From NCBI RefSeq assembly GCF_009914755.1, contig NC_060926.1: a stretch of DNA of 64,000 nucleotides. The stretch is one strand, 5' to 3'. This document shows, piece after piece, positions 29,191-43,323 of this stretch (its first letter is position 1; each line of letters opens with the position of its first letter). Position numbers and translations under genes: made by a program. Source of the DNA: the human T2T-CHM13v2.0 reference genome, Homo sapiens. Below the pieces are notes generated by a model. It was given only the letters and a program-made list of their open reading frames with translations. It did not search any database and was not told the origin of the DNA.

Positions 29191-31024
29191 TAAGCTACCC
29201 CTACAAAGAAGACTGCTCTATTCCTGCCATAACAAACTTTAAGAACACCTCAAAAGGATCAAGCGACACTCTAAGTAGTGTAACTGCCTGCCCACCCTCC
29301 CCGCAAGAAGGCCATATCACACTTTCAAAAAGGAAAATAAAATGTAAATATTAAGCAACATGCTATTAACAATATCCATCCCCTGGTCAAACATTACTAG
29401 ATATAAAAATAAGCCAAATAACTTGACCTATGACCAGAAAAAAAGAAATTAGTCAGTAGAAAAAAGATTTAACAATGATAGAGATGACCAGATGGCTGAC
29501 AAAGAATTTAAGAATGCTGTCTTAAATATACTCAAGTGTTGAAAGAATATTGTTTTAGAGGTTTCAGGATACAGCACACATTTGCCATGCATTTGGCTGG
29601 CCTAGATTCCAATGTTGTCCCCATTACTATGAAGACTTGTGAAATGAATTTTCAGCCTCTCTTCTAGATGCTATATAGTATTCTAAGTTAAAAGGAGGCC
29701 GACATATATGGCCCATGTGTCTGGGTATCTGATTCTCCTGAATCAAGGTCTGATCAATCATGTCTGTCTTGGTGGTTTAAGCAAATACTGTTTTCTAGGG
29801 TCTTCACTGGTACAGTTGTCTTGAATTACCATGTCTGCCATTCCTGAAATGAGAGAGCTAGCTTTGTATTTTAATAGACATATTTGATTTTAGAAGGCTG
29901 GAAGTTACTAATTTAACCACACACAGCCACCAAATAAAAGGAACTTAGAATGCTTTAAATCTTATAATACCTTCCATTCCAGTATTTTATTTTTATTACC
30001 TTGTTTTTTCACTCCATAAATTGAGGTCAACAATTCTCTATATTTGCTTATATAATTATTAAAAAGCACAAGTAATTTGGTTGCCATTCTTTCTAGCATC
30101 TTACTCCTCACTTCTGGGTTTAATTTTTTATTCTTAGTTGCATACTTATCTTTTATTAAATTGAAGAATAACAGAAAACTGTAAAGTACATAAGTATAAT
30201 ATTTTTGTGTGCATAGCTTAATGATGTTTTTATATGTTTACAGCCATGTGTCATTCACCCAGACAGCATATAGAACCTTTCTATATTTCATAAGGTATCT
30301 TACAACTTTTTAAAATCTATCCTTCAGAAGTATCTACTATTCCCACCTTTCTCATCATTGCTTGATTAAATAGTCCATATTGGTTAATAGTGTTGATCAG
30401 TTCATCTGTGTACCTACTCCAGATATTTTTGCCTCCTTATTCTATCATCTCCAAAAATTTTCAGCTATGAATACAGATTTTTCTGTTTCTCTTGTTAGTT
30501 CTACCTTTTTTGTCATATATATTTTAAGACATATTTTTAGATAAATACTTATTTAGGATTGTTATATCATTCTGTTTACTTGACTACTTATTACTACGTT
30601 TTATATTTAATTTTTTTCTGGATGGTTTAAAGATTCTTCTGTTTGTTTTGGTTTCAGGAATTGACTATGGTGTTTCAGCAGTTTTTTTCCTCCTTTTCTT
30701 AGGTTTTATTGTTTCATTTTGCCTGATCTTTATCCTGCTTTTTATGCTGAGCTTATGAAACGTGTGGGTAGATAGCCTTAATTATTTTTAAAAATCTTAA
30801 TAATTGTCTTCAAATATTGATTCTGCTCTGTTTTGTTCTCTTCCCTTTGAGACTTCAGTCCATGTTCATTCAACCCTATTGTGTTTTATGTTTTAATTGT
30901 TATTTATTCACTGTTTGGATAATTTCTATCTTGAAGTTTACTAACCCAGTCTTCTGCTGTGTCCAATTTACTATTGAATGCAACCAATTAGTTGAGAAGT
31001 AAAGTTGCTAATCTTTTTAAATCA

Positions 31025-33345
31025 ATAGAGAACCTCAATAGTAAAGTTCCACAAACAGAAGAAAGAACAACTACAATCGAAGTTATACCAATAGAGATCA
31101 TGCAAACTGAAGAACAGAGAGAAAAATAATGAAGAAAAATAGAGCCCCAGGAAAATTTGGGATACCATTAAGTTCACCCATATATGCATAAGGGAAGGAC
31201 CAGCAGGAGAAGACAGAAAGGAGAGGAAATATTTTTCAAAGAAATAATGGCTGAACACTTCCCTATTTTATTGAAAAAACAACAATCTACCCATTCAGAA
31301 AATTCAACAAACTACAAGACACAAAGAGATTCACAAATAGACACATGATGGTAAAAATATTGAAAGTCAAAGACCAGGAGAAAATCTGAAATGCAACAAG
31401 AAAACAATAACTTGTTTCTTACAAGTAAACCTCAATAAGATTAACAGCTGATTCTTCAGTAGAAACATTGAAGGTAAGATAGCTGTGGGATAATATATTT
31501 TTATTGCTCATTTAAAAATAACTATTAACCAAGAATCCTATGTAGTTATTTTTTGAAAGTGAACGTAAAATAATGACTTTTCAAGATGAAGAAAACTGAT
31601 TATTTTTGTTGCTAATAAGCCTGCCTTACAAAAAATACTAACAGATGTTAAACAGGCTGAAAGCAAGAGATAATAACTCAAATCCACATTTGAAAAAAAG
31701 CATTGGTTAATAAAATCTAATCACATAATTGTAAAAGACAGTTTGATTCATTTTTCTCCTTGCTTTTCTCAATTTATTTAAAAAGAAATTAAATAAAATT
31801 ACATGCATATAATTTCTTGTTGGGTCTGTAGAAATACAACATATGTGCAACATGTTTGCAAATGACAGAACAAAAGAGGTAGTTAAAATGAGCAAAGCTG
31901 TATTTTACAAGAGATAAAAATGTATTTTTAAATGTGAGAGTGAAACACTGATAAATGTTAAACATAAAATAATAGATGAAAGAGGGTAAGAAGAATAGAG
32001 ATATATAGTCATAATATTTTCATACATCAATGGAATTGACTAATATAATATGAAGCTTATTTTATAAATTAATATGTATATAATTTAATATCAATAAATA
32101 TAGTAAATATAATACAGTAAAAATAAACATATTAAGATCTGCATTAGAAAATATTTGTTTCATGTAACAAAAAACAGTAAAGGAAGAACAGTGGAAGGTA
32201 AATCATGTAGAAATAAAAAGTAGAATATCAGATACAAATACAGCTATATCAATAACACTAAATATTTAACTTGTATCAGTAATAATATTACATATGAACA
32301 CAATAATTCCACAAAAAGATAAAAATTGTCAGGCTGGATTTTCTAAAAACCAAGCAATTCAACTATATACTGTCTATAGGAGACACAATTAGAGTCAAAG
32401 AAACAAATACTGAATGAGAAAGATATATTATTTAAAATGTAAGCATAAGAAAGCCAGAGTAGCTATAGTAATCAGAAAAAATAGACTTGTTTTGGGCTGA
32501 ATTATGTCCCACACCATGCCCCACCCAAAACAATCACATTTTGAAGCTCTAAACCTAGCATTATACAATTACTATATTTGGAGCTAAGCCTTTACAAAGA
32601 TGGTTAAGTTAAAATGAGCCCTTTTGGATGGTGCTAATTTAAGCTGACTGGTGTCCTTATAAAAAGAGGAAATTGTAAACACAGAGAAACACAGGGGTGT
32701 GCATGATCAGGGGAAACACCACATGAGTACATTTCAAGAAAATGACCAACTCCAACCCAAGGAAAGAGCCCTTAGAAGACATTAAAATTGCTAAGACCTT
32801 AATTTTGGACTCATAGCTTCCATAACTGTGAGAAAATAAATGTATATTTCTAAAGCGTTTTATTTTGTGGTTTTTTTTAGAGTATCCCTAAAAAATGAAG
32901 ACAAGGCTTTAAAACAGAAGTGTTATTAGGAATAAAGAGGGATATTATATAAAGCTAAAATGGTCAGCAAATCTGGAAGACATAACAACTGTAAGCATGT
33001 AAGCATCTAATGAGAGATTACCAAAACACATGAAGCAAAAACTGACAAAGGGGAAAAGAGACAATTCAACAATAATCATTGGAGACTTTAATACCCAACT
33101 TTCAATAATGAATGGAAAAACTAGAAAGTTTAAAAATGAAACAGAAGACTTGAACAATACTATAAACCAACTAGACCTAACAGACACCTATAAAACACCC
33201 CACCCCAAAACAGGGTATACATTATTTTTAAGTGCACATTCTCCAAGATAGACTATGTGTTAGATTACAAAATGAACTTCAATGAATTTAAGAGGATATA
33301 AATAGTCAAAAGAATGTCTTCTGACCACAGTGGAATTAAATTGGA
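31025..33345 (+). mobile_element. Ancient L1M ORF1, spacer and ORF2 endonuclease region
   Basis: ORF 33030-33251 (STIIIGDFNTQLSIM...LNNTINQLDLTDTYK) is the L1 EN domain; ORF1-like 'aaagaaataatggctgaacacttccc' lies upstream. Confidence 0.85.
32488..32903 (+). mobile_element. MLT1B-like LTR inserted in the L1 EN region
   Basis: tgttttgggctgaattatgtccc...gactggtgtccttataaaaagagga; TSD agact/aggct; the L1 resumes '...atagact|ttaaaacag'. Confidence 0.85.
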
Positions 33346-33761
33346 AATGACATTTCTGTTTATTTGTTTTCTCAAAGTCTGATGTGTTGGCAGGAATGTA
33401 GGGGAATGGCATAAATAAAGCTACACAATCAGGAATATTAAAGTTTCCAACCACATGGATCAGTAACAAAAAAATCACTTTTGAGAGTTTACTCTAGCAA
33501 ATACCCAATGCATGTGATTTTTTTTTTATAATACAGAAAAAATAAAAGTATCTTAATTTGCTAAATTTAGGGGACTGCAGAAATATACTGATTTTTACAC
33601 ATTGGATGGAAATTCTACAAAGCAGCTAATGAATGAACTTTATATAAACATATCCACACAAATCCTACAACAATGTTGAGGGAAAATGGCAATTCACACA
33701 AAAAAATGTACAATATCATATCATTTTCATTATTTCAAGAGATGTGTGTATGTTTATTTAT

Positions 33762-33785
33762 ACACACACACACACACACACACAC
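33762..33785. repeat. (AC)12 microsatellite
   Basis: Read directly from the sequence. Confidence 0.95.
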
Positions 33786-34915
33786 CATTATTAAGTTAAA
33801 ATCATGGATGGCAATGATGGGCACAAAGTTCTACTGGAAAGGTATGGAGATTGTGGTAGTTAGCTGTATCAGAGATATAGAAAAAAGAGACAACAAATAA
33901 TATATACATATGTTAATAAAACATATATTTTCCAAAATATTAAATTTAGACCTAGGAAGCTAACAGTCTATTTTATAATTTCCTGTTTTTAATATGTTGG
34001 AAATGTTTCCTTACAAATGGAGAACAAAGGATTTTCAGTTGGAAGGACATCTAAATATTAAATTTGTTTGACATTTCCCAGTTTTCTTGAAGAGGTAAAT
34101 CTGATTTAAAAAAAATGCTAAGAGGTTATGATATAATCAAATGTGCTTTCATATAGAATTTTTAGACATTTTAGCAATTATAGAAAACATAATATCTTTG
34201 ATTAACCAAAATCCAGAAGACTCAGTAATTCAAATGTAAAATTTTTTCAAAACTGAAATATCTTTAGTCTAAAGCTTTTATTATATCTTGAGATTTCAGT
34301 AGCCTATTAAAAAGGTTAATGAAGAGACACGCTTTTCTATTTATCACTTAATTAACTTTAAGCTGTTTTAATTTTAAGTTGTTATAATGTGAGCATCATA
34401 TCAAATATACAATGTATTTTCTACTACTACTGTATTAGAATAAAATGATAATAGATAATGTTGACAACTGATACTTGTTCCAGTGCATAAGTCATTCTTT
34501 GTCCTGTTACTGATAATTTATTAATAATTGGAATTACAGAATATGAAGTGACGTAGGTCCCTATTTGTAAAAGATATTTTGCCAAATTATTTTTTATACA
34601 TAAAAAGCTGTGGTAAATGTAGTCATATCTCCAAAGTCCTATGTTAAGTGTATGTAGATAATGGCAACATGGTATGTTAAATAAATGTGTGAAGGGATGA
34701 AAAGATACCATTTATTAAATAAAAAAGCCAAAAAGATTTGTTTATATACATGAAAAGAAAAATATGAATACATTTGACTGTATAAAAGTTAAGCTGAAAT
34801 TTAAGCTACAGAATGAGGGTAAATATTTTCAACACACATAAAAACTGTAATCTAGATCACACATAGAGAACACACTTACATGATCTAAAAAGTTATATTG
34901 TAAAAAAGGAAACCT

Positions 34916-35222
34916 GGCCAGGCGTGGTGGCTCATGCCTATAATCCGAGCACTTTGGGAGGCTGAGGGGGGTGGATTGCCGTACGGCGGGACTTCAAGAC
35001 CAGCCTGGCTAACATGGTGAAACCCCGTCTCTACTAAAAATACAAAAACTAGCTGGGTGTGGCAGTGTGCACCTGTAATCCCAGCTACTCAGGAGGCTGA
35101 GGCAGGAGAATCACTTCAACCTGAGAGGTGGAGGTTGCAGCGAGCCGAAACACACTACACCCTGGGCGACAGAGCAAGACTCGTCTCAAAAAAAAAAAAA
35201 AAAAATGAAAAAAGAAAAAAAA
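34916..35222 (+). mobile_element. Alu (AluS-type)
   Basis: Alu dimer with A tail; TSD-like aaaaaggaaacc and aaaaagaaaacc. Confidence 0.94.
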
Positions 35223-35454
35223 GAAAACCCAATAGAAAAACATGTGCAAAGGATGTGAAGACATTTAGTAAAAACAGTAACAAACAAAACAACAGTTAAA
35301 AAACACTCAATGTCCAATAAATATTCATAAAGTTTATATCTCTATAGATGAGAAAAATGCCATTTCACAGCCATGGGGATAGTCATGCTATCCCCATATG
35401 CTGCGTTTCTAACCCATGAGACTTCTCATCTGAAGTGAAAAGACAAAATACAGT

Positions 35455-36028
35455 TGCAAAGACTCTCTGACCAGACCTGCGGCTGGTTCCTCTCGGCCTT
35501 CTTCTCTACTAGGCCTCAACCTTGACCTGTGGAAACTGTAGGCTGTTAGTACAAATAATTTGGCCCCCACTATCCCATTAAAAAACATGAACAATTTTCT
35601 AACAACTCAGTACTGCATCCCTAGGGTGACGACTGCAACTTCTGTAAGTTCCTGCATCAGAAATCTCAAGGCTGCCAGAAAAATTTGCTATTTGTTCCAG
35701 TCAACATCTGGAGACAGGGCCCCATACTCCTGCCCTCTGTGGAGGGTAGGAGCCTAATTTCACATAAGCCCAGTTAACAAATCCAGATCGGTTTCACTAG
35801 GACTCATACCCTCTTCTTGATTTTCATAAATGTCTGCTTCCCTGACTCAGCTAGGGCCTCCAGAGTTCCCGCTTCCAACGCCCTCTTACCTTGGAAGTAC
35901 CCAGTTAACTCTGCACACACAGAAGCTGAATTCAGTTCAAAATGCATTGTCTTCCCTATTGCAACAGTTTATTACTGATTAAAATCTGCCCTTACCACTT
36001 TATTGTCCAGTTTTGTTTATCTTTGACA
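35455..36028 (+). mobile_element. ERV1 solo LTR, MER31/MER67 family
   Basis: 'tgcaaagactctctgaccag...cttctctactaggcctcaaccttgacc' start; ends 'ttccctattgcaacag...attaaaatctg...tttatctttgaca'. Confidence 0.7.
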
Positions 36029-36899
36029 ATGGTGAAGAGATTTTTATGTTGTTTTGATGTTTAAACTTGACCTTTTCAGCCTCTTGCCTCCTGGAATGTG
36101 ACAAAATGCTTGAAGGAACTGGAGCCATGCTGTATCCACAAGGATGAAAGTCACTTGCTAGGGATAGCATTGAAGTAAGAAAGAAATAGCCTAGATCTTT
36201 GATAATATCCTCAAGTAACGACCTCTGAGGAGTAATTGGACTGGCTACTTTTAGATTATTTGTTACATAATGATAATAATAATAACCTTTTATTTAAGCA
36301 AGTCATTATAGCTGAATTTCTATATTTACAATGAAAAACAATGTTACCTAATATACTTTGTTCTAATCATGCAACTTAATTATTACCTGATGTTGAAAAA
36401 ATTTCTATAAAAGTGAGGGAATTGGAATATGTTACTTAATAGTATCCCCTCAGTTCTGAAATTCTACTAACCATACAAATATTGTGACTCTAAAGACTTT
36501 TGAATCTTTCAGGGCAATATTAGAGAATATACTGATGAATAAAAACTCCTAGTAACTTGTCTGTGTCTTTCGAGAACCTTGCAAAGTTTTTGATATTTTT
36601 CAAGTAGACACTTTTCATCTGCTGATATCTACCTATAATGTCAGAGCCATTAGAAATCTAAATATGTGTTTAACTTAATTGTTTTGTATTTATCATTCCC
36701 ATTACCTGCTGACTTCATTAACTTCCACTGAGTGTGACAATCTCTTAGAAATCTCACAATTAGTTTTGCATATGCTGTATTTGCTAAGTTTACGTCAAGG
36801 CATTTACACCTGAAGACAGACTCTCAGAAATAGACATAGACAGGGCATTTCTTATAGTTCATATGCATAGTCAAACAAAACCAGGTTTGGGGGGGCAGA

Positions 36900-36946
36900 A
36901 TAGATAGATAGAGAGAGAGAGAGATAGAGAGAGAGATAGATAGAGA
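36900..36946. repeat. Compound (GATA)/(GA) microsatellite at an Alu tail
   Basis: atagatagatagagagagagagagatagagagagagatagatagaga. Confidence 0.9.
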
Positions 36947-37239
36947 TTTTTTTTTTTTTTTGATGGAGTCTCTCTCTGTCATCCAGGCTGGGGTGTAATG
37001 GTGCGATCTTGGCTCACTGGAACCTCTGCTGTTCAGGTTCAAGCAATTCCCCTTTCTCAGCCTCCTGAGTAGCTGGAACTACAGGTGCATGTCACCACAT
37101 CTGGCTAGTTTTTGTATTTTTAGTAGAGATGGGGTTTCACCATATTAGTCAGGCTGGTCTCAAACCCCTGACTTCAAGTCATCTGTCCGCCTGGCCCTCC
37201 CAAAGTGCTAGGATTACAGGCATGAGTCAGCACCCGTCC
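36947..37239 (-). mobile_element. Alu (AluS-type), antisense
   Basis: T run followed by gatggagtctc...caaagtgctaggattacaggcatgag. Confidence 0.94.
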
Positions 37240-38180
37240 AAATATATTTTTAAAATATTTACTAATGCTAGCATATGCTTATTTTTGTCTTAGAAACTCC
37301 TTTTTTATTGTCTCAGTACTTACTCCCACCTTGATACTCTAAAGAAAATTTAGATGAGTCCAGCTTTGTAATGAATGTTTAAGAAAATGCTTGGAAAGAG
37401 CTGGAGATACATCAAGGTAGGAAACAGGGATACAACCCAAAATGTATGAGAGGGAGAAATGCAGAGGACTTGAAGCAAGTGGGCATGTGGTGCAGTGTAG
37501 AGAGAAGAGACCCAGAAAAGACAAATGTAGATTCCTAGTGGCCTTGGCAACTTAAAAATGATGGAACATTTCCTTGTGTGGAATTCAAAACGGAATAACA
37601 ACACTAGTCCCTAAAATAAAGAAAGAACTTAAAAAAAAATCTTCCATGATTGCCATTTTAAACTAGTCATTTATTTGCATTGTGAAAATCAAATTATTTC
37701 AAATTGGCATTTACTTATTTATGTATGGTCTTGCTTTATTGATGGCATAAACACATGCTTCCTTGAGATATTTGTAGAAGCATTTCATGCCACTCCACAG
37801 ACAGAGCTCAGTGCAAGGAGGCCCAGAGAGGGAAAAGTGGGGACTTGAATCATGGAATGCACAGCCAGGACTGGACAGCCCAAGAACTTGAACTCAAAAT
37901 TGCCTGATTCTAATGTCCACTTTTCTACACTGTTCAATTCTTTCACTATCAAAGTAATTGCAACATCATAATTTTATGGTAAAGGCAAACTTGGAAATAT
38001 GAGATACATGTAATGCTCTTTTCAGAAAAGAACAAGTGGAAAAAGCAGATGTGGAAGTTTCCAACCTGAAACCAGATGGAAGAAAAGTCAGAGTAAAGGA
38101 ATGTGAAGGGTTTCAGAAAATGAAGAAAGAGGACAAAATCAACACGAGCCCCAAACCCCAAGAATTTTGACCAAGAATTC

Positions 38181-38484
38181 TGTTTGTTTGTTTGTTTGTT
38201 TGAGGCAGAGTCTTGCTGTGTCGCCCAGGCTGGAGTGCAGTGGCACCATCTCGGCTCACTGCAACATCCGTCTTCCAGGTTCAAGCGATTCTCGTGCCTC
38301 AGCCTCCCTGAGTAGCTAGGATTACAGGCGCCCGCCACCACACCTGGCTAATTTGTATATTTTTAGTAGAGATGGGGTTTCGCCATGTTGGCCAGGCTGG
38401 TCTTGAACTCCTGACCTCAGGTAATTCACCCACCTCAGCCTCCCAAAGTGCTGGGATTACAGGCATGAGCCATCACGCCCAGCT
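38181..38484 (-). mobile_element. Alu (AluSx-like), antisense, with a (TTTG)n tail
   Basis: Antisense dimer; aagaatt flanks both sides. Confidence 0.95.
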
Positions 38485-40279
38485 AAGAATTATTTTCTAC
38501 AGCATATTATACCGTAGAAGCAAAGTTTGCTTCATTTCAAAATCAAAATCTCTCCAGCTTATTCCTCAAAATATTTTTTATTGTAAACTATCTCTATAAA
38601 AATATCACCCTGTGGCCAACATGACTGAAAAATACTGCATACTATATTATAACCCCATCCTACCTTATAAATTTCCAGTGGAATTACAAATACAAGACAC
38701 TGAGCCAACGTGAGGTAAAGAAACTTGTATACTTTAACATTCTTTAGAATGGCTACTAATATCCTGTAGAACTAGTGTGTCACTGTGCAAAATTTGGGAA
38801 ATATCTCAGGAGTTTACTTTTTAAATGTTATTTCTAGGTCCCTATGGGAGGTATAAATGCTACACAATAATTTAGAACAGAATCAAGCTGAGGGATATAT
38901 GTTATATATTATTAGAATAGTTCACAAAATGTAATTGGGATGCAAATAAGAAAACTGTTTCTAAGTAAAAACACTAATTCTCAATCTAAATAAGAAAGAA
39001 AAGCTAAGAATTGGAAATAATAAAATAAAATGGCTAAAGGGCAGTCTACCATAACTGGAATTTTTTAAAGAACAAAAAATGCTAGCATTTCATATTTAGC
39101 ACATGCTCTAAAATAAATTTGCCTTGAGTGAGATAATTAAAATGGTTTGTATGGTAATATTATTTTCTAGTGGTTCAAATCGTTCAGGGTAATTTGTATT
39201 TCCCCACAATACCTATTTGTGTAGTTGAATTGTTCATTAGTAGTAGATCACCCTTTCGCTGCATTTGAAAATGTAAACCACTAATCACTGTTGGTGTGCA
39301 CACCCATTAGATTGTGCTTAGTCAACTCACTGTTACCAATATGACTAATATATATACATATACATATATATATAATTTCTAGTTAATGATATTCTTTCCT
39401 TAGTACAGAAGTATGCCTTGGAAGATTCTCAGTTATCTAAGACTCCAAACTAACTAAAAATCAAAGCAATCCATTTAACAACATTGAGCATTTCTTTTCG
39501 GATTCAAAAATTGATCCTACTAAACCACCTTTCAGTGATTTAGGCTTATTCTGATAAGTAAGCATTATGATTACATTGCCCATGTTTGAAATTCAATAAT
39601 AAAAATTTTATTTGATAAACTACAATCTAGTTATGAAAAACAACCATTAATCCCTTCCATATCTCTTAAATCATATTCCTATTTTAATTTACTCCCCTTA
39701 GCTATAAGTTGCTCTCATTGGGCCAATTTCTGATTCATGAGTTTTCATAATTAACACAAATTGTTGGCATAATCATTAGACATACAAATAGCTGTGCCTT
39801 TTGAAAATTTCTTAATAAAAATGAGAAGACATATAATTCCCTGATTATTTAAACAAAAAATTAATAACACCAAGAAAAATGTATCTTCATGAAAATAATT
39901 TAATGAGAAGACTTTAAGACAACCTGTTCAGGATTAAAGCTATAGTAAAAACAATCAGCATTGCTGCTATCTAGTTTTTAAAGAATTATTTGTCAAGGGC
40001 TTGTCATATGCATTACTTATGTATGTAGTCATGAAAATTAATACTTGTACATAGGTACTACAAGTGCCTGATATGTGCAAATCACTGTGATAAGTGATGG
40101 ATGAATAGACTGACACAAAGAAATAAAATGGTCATTGTCCATACACTGAAAGCAAACACCAGTGGAAGAAACTGAATATACACAAATATTGCCTAAAAGA
40201 AAGCAGTAATTTGGGGAAGTGGAATATAATAATATGATAGTAAAAACAATATGCATCTATCTGTTTTACATTTGTATAT

Positions 40280-40470
40280 TAGTTTTTATTCTAGGGACAT
40301 TACAGACATTAACTTTTTATTTTTTCACAACACTGTGAGTTAGGCAAAATTATTATCTTTATTTTACATTATAGAAAACTGAGCCACAGAGAATTCACGT
40401 GCCTATGATGAAGGATGGGACCAGGCACATACCCCAGCAAGCAGAGGGCCAGAGCCTATACAACTGATTA
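40280..40470. mobile_element. MIR fragment
   Basis: 'tcacaacactgtgagttaggc...attatctttattttaca...gaaaactgagccacagaga'. Confidence 0.6.
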
Positions 40471-40909
40471 TCTGGTTATATTGTATTTGGAATTTGAATG
40501 GAGGAGGATAGTCTCTGAAAATAACAACTCTCTGGCTTTCAGAGTCTTCTTAAAAGGTTTTTACATGGGTGAATTTACACAATGCCGAAGTAGTTTTGTA
40601 AACAGAAAAAATTTTGATCAGCCCACCAGAATAGATCTGTTTTCTAGGTATATCTCAAATCCATGTAGTTAATAAGCAATGACAAAAAACTCCAAACGCC
40701 AATCATTTACACAGCAGCATATCAAAAGAACTAAAATATAAATCATCAATATTCTCTCTTTAGGTAGATCTCCATTGGAAGACAGATTATAATCAGAAGA
40801 CAGGTAAATTTCAGATAAGATTGAGTAAAATTAGTTCATGATGGGAGTGATAGATGGGATCACGATGTAATGTCCATACTGTATATTCATGTATAAACAA
40901 TGCATGAGA

Positions 40910-41215
40910 GGCCAGGCATGGTCCCTCACACCTGTAATCCCAGCACTTTGGGAGGCAGAGGTGGGTCGATTGCCTGAGGTCAGGAGTTCGAGACCAGCCT
41001 GGCCAACACGGTGAAACCCTGTCTCTACTAAAAATACAAAAATTAGCTGGGCATGGTGACAGGCGCCTGTAATCCCAGCTACTCGGGATGCTGAGGCAGG
41101 ACAATCCGGGAGGCAGTGGTTGCAGTGAGCCGAGACAGTGCCAATTGCACTCCAGCCTGGGCGACAAGAGTGAGACTTCATCTCAAAAAAAAAAAAAAAA
41201 AACAAAAAAAAAACA
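40910..41215 (+). mobile_element. Alu (AluSq-like)
   Basis: 'ggcgacaagagtgagact' extra-A diagnostic; TSD core aatgcatgag on both sides. Confidence 0.93.
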
Positions 41216-41569
41216 AGAATGCATGAGCATATGATTTAGTATGTATTTTGCCTGAGGCATAGAACTCAGGGGAATGTCTTAATAGCCTTCCCTAATATGT
41301 GTATGTATAACTGAAAGGTATACATTATATTTTCAGGAAAAAATACAGAATGTATGATAGCTTAAATAAGAATGGAAAAATTATTAATAATCATACCACA
41401 CAGAGTATTCTCTTTCATAATATGCATTTTCTGTTTACTCATTTTAAAATAAGAAGTCAGAATAAACATTTATGTATGTCAATAAAATGGTCTTCAACAT
41501 TCTCACTTTACAAAGTTTCCTAATTTGTTATTAGTATGTTATCATTTATTTACATATTTCCTTGTTTTA

Positions 41570-41775
41570 TGTTTAATTTTTTATTTTTATAAATGTATGT
41601 GGTCCGAGAGCAATTTTGTTACATGGATAGATTGTGTAGTGGTGAGGTCATGGTGTTTAGGATACTCGTCACCTGAATAACATGCATCGTAGCTATTAAG
41701 TAATTTTTCACCATCTACCCCCTCCTACCTCCTCACTGTTTCAAGTCTCTATTGTCTATCATTACACATTCTATA
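41570..41775 (-). mobile_element. L1PB/L1MA extreme 3' end, antisense
   Basis: 'caattttgttacatggatagattgtgtagtggtgaggtc...gtcacctgaataa...attaagtaattt'. Confidence 0.75.
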
Positions 41776-43013
41776 TTTCCAACATTATAAATCATGCTGT
41801 AGTAATTATTATTCTATAAATTTTCATTCAAATTTCTGAATTTTTATTCAGGTTGTGATCTTAAACATGGGATCAATGGACCAAAATATATAAATACAGT
41901 GCTTTATAACTTTGTTATAATTTGACATTTTACACTGATTTTGGTTAGTGTTACCTTATTAATAAAAAATATATAGTTTAAGAAGAAAACTGCTAATAAA
42001 TCCGATGCTTACATCATTTGCATTTATTGAATTTCTAGTAAAGTTTACCTTTAGGTCCTTATGTTTGTATTAGGCATTTAGCACTTCTATTCTTTGAAAC
42101 GTATTTTCAAATGTTGTATTGAAGTCGATTTACATAAACGGCTTTTTTAAGTTTTAGCTTTTACGTTTTCAGATTGAAAAGCAATAGATTTTCTAACCTC
42201 TTAAGTCCCCAGTTTCTGAACTTCCTCTTTTCCCTGTTATGCTTGCAAACAGTCAAATGCTTTTTTTGAAGTTGTCTGTTCTTTTCTGTCCATTGTCAAA
42301 TGAAGTCAGCAGAAACCAACATACACCACTAATATTTGGTTTTCAACCTCTTCTAGACCTTAAAAATGTATCACGCTTATTGCTGGCTTTCCAAGTTACT
42401 GAGGGCAACATCATGTTTAGCTACTGCTGAAAATGGATCACTTTTCCTCCACTTTCCCTAAATATAATTTCCTTGGTACCAGTAATTTGGCTGCTAAGCT
42501 AATGCCACATGTTTTATTTATGGTAGCAACCCTCCTCTAGGTACCAATTTCTCTACTAATCAAGATAGGTTATGCTGAGGTTGCATTCCAACATTATCAG
42601 TATTTTAACATGATAAACATTTATTTCTAAGAAAAGCCTCTAACATGGAAGACAAACACCAAAAATCAAACTGAAATACATCAAAGTGGAAAAAATAGAT
42701 ACTCTACAAGGAAAAGAAGAAAGTCTCAAAAAGTAATCATTAAGGCAGTCAAAGAGATTTGAAGGTATAACAACCATGAAGCAAGAATGAAAGGTCATGA
42801 GTTTAAACATTAAAAATCCCTAACCATTGAACTCTTTAAACATTAACAATTGGTTTTTTCTCAGATTCGTTTTTTCATGTATTTTTCCAGCATAGTGTTT
42901 ACATTTCAATTTATTCTATGATAAAGATTAATATGCTCTCCAAAAAAGGTATAATCTAGCCAAGAAAACTTCAGTAGGTAGAATTTCAGAAAGCTAGATT
43001 GAGCTTTATTTTT

Positions 43014-43323
43014 TTATTTTTTTTTTTTTTTTTGAGACGGAGTCTTGCTCTGTCGCCCAGGCCGGACTGCGGACTGCAGTGGCGCAATCTCGGCTCACTG
43101 CAAGCTCTCTGCTTCCCGGGTTCACGCCATTCTCCTGCCTCAGCCTCCCGAGTAGCTGGGATTACAGGCGCCCGCCACCGCGCCCGGCTAATTTTTTGTA
43201 TTTTTAGTAGAGACGGGGTTTCACCTTGTTAGCCAGGATGGTCTCGATCTCCTGACCTCATGATCCACCCGCCTCGGCCTCCCAAAGTGCTGGGATTACA
43301 GGCGTGAGCCACCGCGCCCGGCC
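43014..43323 (-). mobile_element. AluYb8 (human-specific young Alu)
   Basis: Diagnostic 7-bp duplication ggactgcggactgc, plus 'caccttgttagcc' and 'cctcatgatccaccc'; perfect 13-bp TSD GAGCTTTATTTTT at 43001-43013 and 43324-43336. Confidence 0.97.

Noticed and set aside
37949-41205. 118-130 aa ORFs overlapping Alus
   Set aside because: These are typical Alu-derived translations (for example [15 protein letters not shown]).
34916-43323. Oppositely oriented Alu pairs as a dsRNA system
   Set aside because: Different subfamilies about 1.7-2.4 kb apart are ordinary for the human genome, and there is no evidence of transcription.
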